Below, in pieces: positions 17,659 to 25,134 of a stretch of 30,376 nt of DNA. The translations under genes were made by a program, and so were the position numbers. Under the pieces are notes generated by a model. The model ran no database searches and had not been told where the DNA came from. It worked only from the letters and a program-made list of their open reading frames with translations. Source of the DNA: a virus; IMG/VR virus record IMGVR_UViG_2684622740_000002, positions 1-30,376 of that record; one strand, written 5' to 3'. Every line of letters begins with the position of its first letter. Position 1 is the first letter of the stretch.

Positions 17659-18786
17659 ATGGCAGAAGAAGATTATGATTTTGATGAAGAAACTGAAGAT
17701 TCATTGAAAATGTTCACAGGATCAGTTATAGATATACAATATCTTGTAGATAACATGTTTTTAGATTATAAATCAAAATTTGAAAATCAAGAATCTCCAA
17801 TAAGTTACCTTGATGAGGGAGGAGATGCTAGAAATTTATTTGAAACAATATCATTACCCTTATTCGAAATATTCTGGCTAATAAATGAATCAGTATTAAT
17901 GAAATACATACCTTATGCAAGTGGAGATTTTTTAGACATTTTAGGACACAACAATCCTAGAAATCCTGGAAAAAATAGTACAGGTCAATTACAATTTAGT
18001 TTACCACATGATGTACTGAAAGATTATGACATAACTATCCCTGCATATAGTGTATATTTAACAGAAGATGATCTGGGATTAGAATATGAAACAATAGAAG
18101 AAGCTATCTTACCTGCAGGTGAAAATAGTATTCTTGTTCCTGCAAGAAGTGTGTTTGGAGGTAGTGAATATAATATAGACTCTAATCTTGTCACAATATT
18201 TGAAGAAAGCATAGATGATTTACTTGTTACAAATCCTGTACCTTTTATTGGTGGGACTGATGATGAAGATGATGAGTACTACAGAGCAAGACTACTTTAT
18301 GAGCAGTCTGAGCATGATTTTGGAAGTGTAGGATGGTATAAAAGAATAGCAGTTAAAATACCTGGAGTTCATGATGTGAAAGTAATAAACTGTTTAAAGG
18401 GAGATTATACAATTGGCATAATAGTAAACCCTCCCACAGCAGAAATTGTTCAAAATGTAACAAATTTCTTCAATACAGCAGATACTACTCCTGCAGGAAT
18501 AAACGCTTATATTTATGGTGCTGAAACATTCCCTGTTGATATTATCATTCAAGATTTAGTTTTCACTAATGAAGTTAACCCTGCCGATGTAGTGGAAGAA
18601 ATACAAAATCAAATAAACAAATACTTTAATAACTTGAATATCAGTGAAACAATTTACAGAAACAGTATCTTAAGTATACTTTCAAATATTAATGGATTAA
18701 TTGACTATACTTTAATATCTCCATCAGTAAATATTGATGCTGAAGAAAATCAAGTTTTAATACAAGGTGAAACAATTATTAACTAA
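17659..18786 (+). CDS. Baseplate J-like protein
   Basis: YASGDFLDILG, VTNPVPFIGGTDDEDDEYYRARLL and GSVGWYK..A..IPGV motifs. Confidence 0.92.
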   Translation: MAEEDYDFDEETEDSLKMFTGSVIDIQYLVDNMFLDYKSKFENQESPISYLDEGGDARNLFETISLPLFEIFWLINESVLMKYIPYASGDFLDILGHNNPRNPGKNSTGQLQFSLPHDVLKDYDITIPAYSVYLTEDDLGLEYETIEEAILPAGENSILVPARSVFGGSEYNIDSNLVTIFEESIDDLLVTNPVPFIGGTDDEDDEYYRARLLYEQSEHDFGSVGWYKRIAVKIPGVHDVKVINCLKGDYTIGIIVNPPTAEIVQNVTNFFNTADTTPAGINAYIYGAETFPVDIIIQDLVFTNEVNPADVVEEIQNQINKYFNNLNISETIYRNSILSILSNINGLIDYTLISPSVNIDAEENQVLIQGETIIN

Positions 18787-18809
18787 AATTATGCTGGAGG
18801 AATGGTGTT

Positions 18810-19439
18810 GTGAGTGACAGAGGACAGTACATTATAAACAATTTAAGAAGCAATCAAACAATACAAAGACCTGATAACCCAATGCACCAATTACTTGACT
18901 TTGGACTGGGTTCTTACTTAGATCATATTGTAGAAATTATAGAAACCATAAATACAAAAATAATAAGTATATCTAACAATATTCCTGACGATGACACAAC
19001 AGAATGGGAAGAAAAAATAACTGCAGGCTTATTAAAGTTAGAAGGTGATCAAATAGGAGTATATCGAGATGAAGATGAATCCAATAATGATTATCGTAAT
19101 CGTTTACTTGTGTCAATTGAAGGAAACAGTAGTTTAAGAAGTATTATGAATATGATAGCTACTTTGCTAAACATTCCACTTGATAGCTTCACAGTGGCCA
19201 CTACAAGTGAACATACGGATTATCTTGAATTTGATGATACAATAACAAATATGCTAGATAATACAACAACAGATGTGCTTGTTTCATTAATAACTGCAAA
19301 AGACCCAAGACCAACAATAACAATAACATTGCCTGAAGAGTCAAATATTCAATTAGTATATGATGTTATTAGTAATAAATTATTTGCAGGTATAATATTA
19401 ATCGTTACCGATGGAACAAACACAATACCTAACGAATAG
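18810..19439 (+). CDS. Baseplate wedge gpI/XkdU-like protein
   Basis: Follows baseplate J; LLKLEGDQIGVYRDEDESNNDYRNRLL motif; GGAGG RBS before GTG. Confidence 0.72.
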   Translation: MSDRGQYIINNLRSNQTIQRPDNPMHQLLDFGLGSYLDHIVEIIETINTKIISISNNIPDDDTTEWEEKITAGLLKLEGDQIGVYRDEDESNNDYRNRLLVSIEGNSSLRSIMNMIATLLNIPLDSFTVATTSEHTDYLEFDDTITNMLDNTTTDVLVSLITAKDPRPTITITLPEESNIQLVYDVISNKLFAGIILIVTDGTNTIPNE

Positions 19440-19455
19440 GCAGGAGAAGATTATA

Positions 19456-19668
19456 ATGATTGATAGAGATGAGTTATTAATCAGTGTACTGTCAGATATT
19501 GATGATAGTTTACATAACCTGTACGATTTTGAAAGGATAATTCAAGCAGCATCACAAAATGAAGATGGAGACATAGTAGTAATAAGTAATGATTTTAGAT
19601 TAGTTTATGATAGTGAAACATACACATTACTACAAGCAAATGATAACTCACAAAAGAAAAGGAAGTGA
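19456..19668 (+). CDS. Hypothetical tail-associated protein (70 aa)
   Basis: AGGAG RBS before ATG 19456 (track start 19411 overlaps the upstream gene). Confidence 0.6.
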   Translation: MIDRDELLISVLSDIDDSLHNLYDFERIIQAASQNEDGDIVVISNDFRLVYDSETYTLLQANDNSQKKRK

Positions 19669-19675
19669 TTAACTA

Positions 19676-22369
19676 ATGGTTAAACTTAGAAAAAATCCAT
19701 TAAAATGGTTTTTTAAAGAAAAAACAGAATTCCCACTAGAATGGTTTCATGGAATAACCTCCTATATCGAATTTGGATCAGCACAAGGAACTGTTTCAAT
19801 ACCCAACGATTATGACGATTACAAATTTCCATCAACCAATGATGAATTAGAAGTTAAACGTAGCCTGATTGCATTAACAGGAACTTTCATAAACAATCAG
19901 GACAACATAACTATAGATAGTACAGGTTTTGTTAAATTAAAATTCTATTTAAACATAGCTCCATTCAAAAATTTTAATAATTTAAAAATATCTCTTAACA
20001 ATAATGCTGATTTAAGAGTAGTTATAACAAATTTTAAAGGAGATATTCTATACAATCAAACAATAACGGCAACTAACAATGAAGTCCTATTTGATTTATC
20101 ACAAATAGTAATAGGATTAGAGGAATTATATTTTGACATAAATACAAATACAGATAACACAATAATTACAAATATTGATTTGAATTATGATCTCACTCCA
20201 TTTAACATTACAAGTATTTTTAAAGATTTAATCACAAATAATAGTTTAAATAATACAATTGCAACGCTTATTCCCTATAGTGAAAAAGGAACTCCTAATG
20301 GTATTGCTGAATTAGATGAATCAGGAAAACTAATTTCATCACAATTGCCATCATCTGTGGATAATATTAAAGAATTCCCAACCCTAAATGATTTTCCAGC
20401 AATAGGTGAAGAACAAACCATCTATGTGGCTTTAGACACAAACAAAACATACAGATGGTCAGGATCAGAATACGTAGTAATTGGGTCAGATTTGGCCCTT
20501 GGTGAAACACCACAGACTGCGTATCGTGGTGATCGTGGAAAAATAGCTTATGATCACACAAGCAATAAAGGTAATCCTCACAGTGTAACAAAGGCTCAAA
20601 TAGGTTTAGGTAATGTTGATAATACGAGTGATGCTAATAAACCAGTTTCAACTGCAACAGCAACTGCTTTGAATGCTAAGGCTAACACTGTTGATGTTGT
20701 TCCAATAACTCGTAAAGTAGCTAATAAAGCATTAAATGCTGATATTACTCTTGCTAAAGGTGATGTTGGACTAGGTAATGTTGATAATACTAGTGATGCT
20801 AATAAACCAGTTTCAACTGCAACAGCAACTGCTTTGAATGCTAAGGCTAACACTGTTGATGTTGTTCCAATAACTCGTAAAGTAGCTAATAAAGCATTAA
20901 ATGCTGATATTACTCTTGCTAAAGGTGATGTTGGACTAGGTAATGTTGATAATACTAGTGATGCTAATAAACCAGTTTCAACTGCAACAGCAACTGCATT
21001 AAATAATAAATTAAACCTATCAGGAGGAACCATGTCTGGAGCATTAGACATGGGAGGACAAAACATAACTAATATTAATAACTTAAATATACAAGACCCA
21101 GGTTTTGGAGAAGGATTAACAATAAATGGCGGTAATTTATGGAGAATATCAGAATCATCAAATAATTTAGATAATACTTCAGGAAATCTTCAACTCACTA
21201 AAGGAACAACAAGAATAGGAACATTCAACACGAATGGTCAATTAGAATTACCAGTTGCTAGTGGAACAGCACCATTACTCATTAATTCTACCACTATGGT
21301 TCAGAATTTATTTGCAAGATATGCAAAAGAATTATCACTTACTAATATAGCTGAATCAACAGATATGAATACTTTACAAGCACCTGGATGGTACAGGTGC
21401 GGTGCTAATGCTACTGTTGCAACATTAACTAACTCCCCAACAACTAACGCTTTTTTCATGGAAGTAACACAGCACGCAGGAGTAAATCAAAGATTAATCG
21501 AATATCTTGCAAATAATACTTTTAAAATGTGGACAAGGAATTATTATTCCAGTTCATGGGGTCCATGGGTTCAAATGGCTACAACAACAAATGTAGCGAA
21601 TCTAACTGACACACAAACAATAGCAGGACAGAAAACGTTTAGTAATGATATTTATCATAATGCAAATATAGTTTTAGCTAATAATAAATATTTATATTCT
21701 AAAAATACAGGCGGTACAAATTACAATATTCTTGGAATAAATGCAAGTGATCAAACACAAATAGGAAATGCTAATTTTTTAAATTTATTTGCTGGAAGTT
21801 CAAACAATTTCAATGGAAAAGGAATCAATAATGTAGCTAGTTTAGAAACAAGACAAATAGAACTAAAAGGAATGGGAACAAGCGCTACAAATGGAGGATT
21901 TATTGATTTTCATTACGCTGACAGCACATCAGATTTCACTAGTAGAATTATAGAGGACGCTAGTGGACAATTATCAATCCAAGGAGTTTTAAGATTAGGA
22001 AATAATAATCTTAATGCTAATAGTAAGAAAATAATTAATTTACCAACTCCAACGTCTGGAACTGATGCCGCAAACAAGGATTATATAGATAATAAAATTC
22101 AGCAAGGAGGATACACTCTTCCAAGTGGAAGTGCATCATGGACAAATTGTTCAGGAGGAAATGGGGTTTACGCAACATTCACTGTAACATTCCCAAAAGC
22201 ATTTTCAAGCACCCCCAGAGTGGTTGCAATGCTAGCTAAACCTGCTGTTTGTTATGCGTGGAATTTTAGCATTAATACTATAAGTACTACTGGTTTTACT
22301 TGTACATATGTTGAGTTGAGCAATTCAAGTAGTTACTATCCAAATGTTCAATGGATAGCATACTCATGA
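19676..22369 (+). CDS. Tail fibre / receptor-binding protein (mosaic: repeats, pyocin-knob-like domain, gp53/H-lectin-like C-terminus)
   Basis: GLGNVDNTSDANKPVST repeats; TDMNTLQAPGWY...WTRNYYSSSWGPW knob; GGFIDFHY..TSRII; TVTFPKAFSSTPRVVA. Confidence 0.88.
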   Translation: MVKLRKNPLKWFFKEKTEFPLEWFHGITSYIEFGSAQGTVSIPNDYDDYKFPSTNDELEVKRSLIALTGTFINNQDNITIDSTGFVKLKFYLNIAPFKNFNNLKISLNNNADLRVVITNFKGDILYNQTITATNNEVLFDLSQIVIGLEELYFDINTNTDNTIITNIDLNYDLTPFNITSIFKDLITNNSLNNTIATLIPYSEKGTPNGIAELDESGKLISSQLPSSVDNIKEFPTLNDFPAIGEEQTIYVALDTNKTYRWSGSEYVVIGSDLALGETPQTAYRGDRGKIAYDHTSNKGNPHSVTKAQIGLGNVDNTSDANKPVSTATATALNAKANTVDVVPITRKVANKALNADITLAKGDVGLGNVDNTSDANKPVSTATATALNAKANTVDVVPITRKVANKALNADITLAKGDVGLGNVDNTSDANKPVSTATATALNNKLNLSGGTMSGALDMGGQNITNINNLNIQDPGFGEGLTINGGNLWRISESSNNLDNTSGNLQLTKGTTRIGTFNTNGQLELPVASGTAPLLINSTTMVQNLFARYAKELSLTNIAESTDMNTLQAPGWYRCGANATVATLTNSPTTNAFFMEVTQHAGVNQRLIEYLANNTFKMWTRNYYSSSWGPWVQMATTTNVANLTDTQTIAGQKTFSNDIYHNANIVLANNKYLYSKNTGGTNYNILGINASDQTQIGNANFLNLFAGSSNNFNGKGINNVASLETRQIELKGMGTSATNGGFIDFHYADSTSDFTSRIIEDASGQLSIQGVLRLGNNNLNANSKKIINLPTPTSGTDAANKDYIDNKIQQGGYTLPSGSASWTNCSGGNGVYATFTVTFPKAFSSTPRVVAMLAKPAVCYAWNFSINTISTTGFTCTYVELSNSSSYYPNVQWIAYS
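20603..21004 (+). repeat. 165-bp (55-aa) tandem repeat, ~2.4 near-identical copies, inside the tail fibre
   Basis: Unit starts at 20603, 20768 and 20933, with near-identical DNA. Confidence 0.95.
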
Positions 22370-22377
22370 GGTTTAAA

Positions 22378-22809
22378 ATGATTTTAACATTTAATTCAAT
22401 TAATTTTAAAGCAAATAATATTTTCATAGTTCTATTAAATAAAGACGATGAATTATATTATACTAGTTTTAAAGTTGATGAAGACAATAAAATGATTGAA
22501 AAAGATGAATATACTGTTACTAATAATATAGATACATTTAGCATAAGTTCTGATGAATTTAAAGAACTTGTTCAAGAAGAAAAAATAAATGAAATTATAA
22601 ATGAAAATATTAGTGAAATAGAGAAATTTCATAAAATTAATAAACTAATTGAGCTTAAAAAAGAATTAAGTGATACTGATTATATCGTGACAAAAGCTCA
22701 AGAATTCACTATTCTTGGTGAAGAGGTTCCAATAGACTTACTAAATAAAATTGAAGAACGTAAAAATATTAGAGTTCAAATTAATGAGTTAGAAACAGAA
22801 ATTGAATAA
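22378..22809 (+). CDS. Tail fibre assembly/chaperone-like protein
   Basis: ELKKELSDTDYIVTKAQE...ERKNIRVQINELE motif typical of post-fibre genes; GAGGT RBS before ATG 22378. Confidence 0.68.
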   Translation: MILTFNSINFKANNIFIVLLNKDDELYYTSFKVDEDNKMIEKDEYTVTNNIDTFSISSDEFKELVQEEKINEIINENISEIEKFHKINKLIELKKELSDTDYIVTKAQEFTILGEEVPIDLLNKIEERKNIRVQINELETEIE

Positions 22810-22852
22810 TTATTTTTTATATTAAATTACTACTTTTTAAGCATTACAAAAT

Positions 22853-22878
22853 GCCTATAATGGGCTAGCGAACGCTAT
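22853..22878 (+). promoter_or_regulatory. Conserved leader motif copy 3 (GCCTATAATGGGC-TAGCGAACGCTAT) ahead of the endolysin
   Basis: Shares CAAAATGC and TGGGCTAGCGA..GCTAT with 3254-3285; TTTATATT TATA-like box around 22817-22824. Confidence 0.65.
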
Positions 22879-22898
22879 CAAATAAGGAGAAAACAAAA

Positions 22899-23642
22899 AT
22901 GGATTGTAAAACCACAAATCTAAAAAAAGGAAGCAAAGGAACCGCAGTAGGAGAACTACAAAAATACTTAAAAGCATGTAAATTCTACAAAAGAGAAATA
23001 GACAATAAATATGGAGATTTCACAGTAGCAGCAGTTAAATTACTACAACATGCTCAAGGAAATAGTGAAGATGGAGTATTTGGCCCTAAAACTTGTGCTA
23101 AATCAGATTTAAACATGCTATCAACTGGAACTAGCACTAGTCAATCTATTAAGACTGTTAATGTAAAAGAATTACTTGTTTACTTCAAAAAGCAGCCAGA
23201 CATAGTTACCTGTGGTCCAACAAGTCTTTCAATGGCTTTTAGTTATTATGATGTTAATATAAGTATTGAATCACTTAGAAAATTATGTAATACCAATAGT
23301 AATGGCACAACTCCTGCAAATCTTATAAATGGTGCGAATAAGGTTAATTCTAAGTTTGTTCTTGTTGAAGAAGATTACAGTAATTTTAATCAAATCATTA
23401 AGCATATTGATAATAAGAATCCTTTAATTATTCAACTTCAAACAACTAAAAATCTTGGTTATCTTGGTTCTTATGGGCATTATGTTGCTTGTACTGGTTA
23501 TAATAAATCTGCTAAGCTTGTTAAAATAGCTGATCCTTCAAGGACTATTAAATGGGTTTCTTTAAGTGTTATTGTGGAGGCCATTAATAAGCGTTTGAGT
23601 TTAGGGAGTATTAAGCCTATTAAGGTTCTTAAAAAGAAATGA
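22899..23642 (+). CDS. Endolysin: PG_binding_1 domain plus peptidase C39-like catalytic domain (PeiR-type pseudomurein endoisopeptidase candidate)
   Basis: LKKGSKGTAVGELQKYL...DGVFGPKT; Q..VTCGPTSLSM (Cys), GHYV (His), IADPS (Asp). Confidence 0.85.
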   Translation: MDCKTTNLKKGSKGTAVGELQKYLKACKFYKREIDNKYGDFTVAAVKLLQHAQGNSEDGVFGPKTCAKSDLNMLSTGTSTSQSIKTVNVKELLVYFKKQPDIVTCGPTSLSMAFSYYDVNISIESLRKLCNTNSNGTTPANLINGANKVNSKFVLVEEDYSNFNQIIKHIDNKNPLIIQLQTTKNLGYLGSYGHYVACTGYNKSAKLVKIADPSRTIKWVSLSVIVEAINKRLSLGSIKPIKVLKKK

Positions 23643-23687
23643 TGAAAGTATATTTTTTTTAATTATATTTTTTTAATATTTTAGAAA

Positions 23688-23730
23688 GGAAACCTTTATA
23701 TACTACCTTAACCATAATATAATATAGAAC
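23688..23730 (+). promoter_or_regulatory. Archaeal promoter of peptide cassette 1 (BRE-TATA GGAAACCTTTATATACT)
   Basis: Canonical BRE/TATA; nearly identical to 24411-24453. Confidence 0.75.
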
Positions 23731-23750
23731 TTGTAAGGAGGTGAAAATAA

Positions 23751-23837
23751 ATGAAAATAGACTATAATAAGATTAATATTATTATAGGTGTTCTATCTTT
23801 AATCATTTCGATTATAGGACTCATACGAACACTGTAA
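23751..23837 (+). CDS. 28-aa single-TM peptide A1 (MKIDYNKINIIIGVLSLIISIIGLIRTL); candidate type I toxin
   Basis: Perfect AAGGAGGTGA RBS, own promoter, hydrophobic helix, followed by a hairpin. Confidence 0.75.
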   Translation: MKIDYNKINIIIGVLSLIISIIGLIRTL

Positions 23838-23845
23838 TAATAAAA

Positions 23846-23868
23846 ATGAGGGGTTAAAAACCTCTCAT
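23846..23868. other. Stem-loop ATGAGGGGTT-AAA-AACCTCTCAT after peptide A1
   Basis: 10-bp stem with one G-U pair. Confidence 0.8.
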
Positions 23869-23887
23869 ATAATCTTAAATTATAGTT

Positions 23888-23926
23888 ACTATTTAATTAT
23901 GTTACTTAAATATTATAAAAGTTTCT
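23888..23926 (-). promoter_or_regulatory. Convergent antisense promoter 1 (AGAAACTTTTATAATA on the minus strand)
   Basis: Purine-rich BRE plus TATA, followed about 12 nt later by ATAATT, the same spacing as the sense promoters; conserved in cassette 2. Confidence 0.6.
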
Positions 23927-23966
23927 AAAAAAATCATGAATTAAGAATTCAAAAAAGGTGATAATT

Positions 23967-24059
23967 ATGAGTATTGATCAAATGATTTGGATAATATTAA
24001 TAGTATTATTCTCAATTAAGATAATAATTTCAATCAAACAAATTAAAAGCAAAAACTAA
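23967..24059 (+). CDS. 30-aa single-TM peptide B1 (MSIDQMIWIILIVLFSIKIIISIKQIKSKN)
   Basis: AAGGTGAT RBS, hydrophobic core and basic tail. Confidence 0.65.
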   Translation: MSIDQMIWIILIVLFSIKIIISIKQIKSKN

Positions 24060-24068
24060 AAACTTAAA

Positions 24069-24089
24069 AACCTCTCAATTTGAGAGGTT
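24069..24089. other. Perfect inverted repeat AACCTCTCAA-T-TTGAGAGGTT after peptide B1
   Basis: 10-bp arms; shares TTAAAAACCTCTCA (24064-24077) with 23854-23867. Confidence 0.8.
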
Positions 24090-24115
24090 AAAATTATATT
24101 AAAAAAGGTGAAAAA

Positions 24116-24370
24116 ATGAAAACAAGCCAATACCCAAATGTTTATTATAATAAAAATACAGGAAAATGGACAGCCGAATTAAAAAGAAAAGGAAAAACAA
24201 TATTAAATGAATCCTTTGATAATGAGTATGATGCACATTTAGCAGTTGAAGAGAAAATGAAACTTGAAAATATAATGATAAAAACTGTTAAGCCTGTGGG
24301 TGGTACTGCTCATGTGTTAGTTCCTAGGAAATGGATAGGTAGGGAGGTGCAGATTATTTTATTGGATTAA
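24116..24370 (+). CDS. AP2-like DNA-binding domain fused to a DUF2080-like domain
   Basis: YPNVYYNKNTGKWTAEL...FDNEYDAHLA (AP2-like); KTVKPVGGTAHVLVPRKWIGREVQII (DUF2080/AbrB-like). Confidence 0.7.
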   Translation: MKTSQYPNVYYNKNTGKWTAELKRKGKTILNESFDNEYDAHLAVEEKMKLENIMIKTVKPVGGTAHVLVPRKWIGREVQIILLD

Positions 24371-24410
24371 TAGTTTTTTATATTTTTTTAATAATTATGA
24401 GTACAAAAAA

Positions 24411-24453
24411 GAAAACCTTTATATACTATAGAGTACAATATAATAATATAGAA
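24411..24453 (+). promoter_or_regulatory. Archaeal promoter of peptide cassette 2 (GAAAACCTTTATATACT)
   Basis: Canonical BRE/TATA plus ATAATATAGAA, as in cassette 1. Confidence 0.75.
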
Positions 24454-24472
24454 ATACAGGAGGTGAGATAAA

Positions 24473-24562
24473 ATGAGAAAAGCAGAAAAAATAAATTTAA
24501 TAATTGAGCTTGTGGGACTACTGATCATTGCAGCTCAACTATTAATTATGTTAAGTAAATAG
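24473..24562 (+). CDS. 29-aa single-TM peptide A2 (MRKAEKINLIIELVGLLIIAAQLLIMLSK); candidate type I toxin
   Basis: AGGAGGTGA RBS, own promoter, KIN-I-II pattern shared with A1, followed by a hairpin. Confidence 0.75.
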   Translation: MRKAEKINLIIELVGLLIIAAQLLIMLSK

Positions 24563-24586
24563 GGGGAAACCCCTAATACTTAACAT
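24548..24586. other. Extended stem-loop ATGTTAAGTA..TAGGGG-GAAA-CCCCTA..TACTTAACAT overlapping the A2 stop codon
   Basis: 6-bp inner stem with a GAAA tetraloop plus a 10-bp outer stem. Confidence 0.8.
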
Positions 24587-24620
24587 ATAATTATGTAACA
24601 TCTACTATTTATAAATTTCT
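24584..24620 (-). promoter_or_regulatory. Convergent antisense promoter 2 (AGAAATTTATAAATA on the minus strand)
   Basis: Same layout as 23888-23926, including GT(A/T)ACATAATTA. Confidence 0.6.
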
Positions 24621-24632
24621 AAAGGAGAGGAT

Positions 24633-24722
24633 ATTATTATAAAAATATTACTTATTACAATATTTATAATAACTATACTAAAAATTATACTAATCTTTTA
24701 TAAAGATAAAAAAAACATATAA
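24633..24722 (+). CDS. Possible 29-codon TM peptide B2 (IIIKILLITIFIITILKIILIFYKDKKNI) with a non-canonical ATT start
   Basis: AAAGGAGAGG RBS, open hydrophobic frame with a basic tail, positionally equivalent to B1; no ATG, so it may be degenerate. Confidence 0.4.
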   Translation: MIIKILLITIFIITILKIILIFYKDKKNI

Positions 24723-24762
24723 TATTAAATTACTTTTTAATTATTAAAATGGGTGATTAAAT

Positions 24763-25134
24763 ATGAGTATTAGAGTAAGCGAAAAAACAAGACAACAACT
24801 AGAAACACTAAAATATGAACTAAACTTATCAAATTACGATGAAGTAATAAAACTAGCAATTAAAAACATACCCCATATAGTTAAAACAGAAGTTAAACCA
24901 CCAGTATTTGTATTAAACTCAATCACCAAAAATAAAGAATTTGAAAAAAGAGTATACTGGGATGATCTTGAAAAAGCAAAAACTGGAGATATATTTAAGT
25001 ATGGATCAGATGATGTTTTTATTAGTGAGGAGTTCGCAACAGTATTATTTAAAGATGAAAATGGTGTTTTTATCCGTTTAACAAAAAAAGATACCTATGA
25101 TACATATGAAGATGTAATTTATTACTCTTTATGA
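24763..25134 (+). CDS. Ribbon-helix-helix (CopG/antitoxin-like) N-terminal domain protein
   Basis: MSIRVSEKTRQQLETLKYELNLSNYDEVIKLAI; GGGTGAT RBS. Confidence 0.7.
   Translation: MSIRVSEKTRQQLETLKYELNLSNYDEVIKLAIKNIPHIVKTEVKPPVFVLNSITKNKEFEKRVYWDDLEKAKTGDIFKYGSDDVFISEEFATVLFKDENGVFIRLTKKDTYDTYEDVIYYSL

Noticed and set aside
23751-24059. Peptides A1/B1 as the holin of the endolysin
   Set aside because: Not excluded, since no other holin was found. However, they sit behind a T-rich terminator and have their own promoter, and the layout is duplicated with antisense promoters, which fits a TA-like role better.
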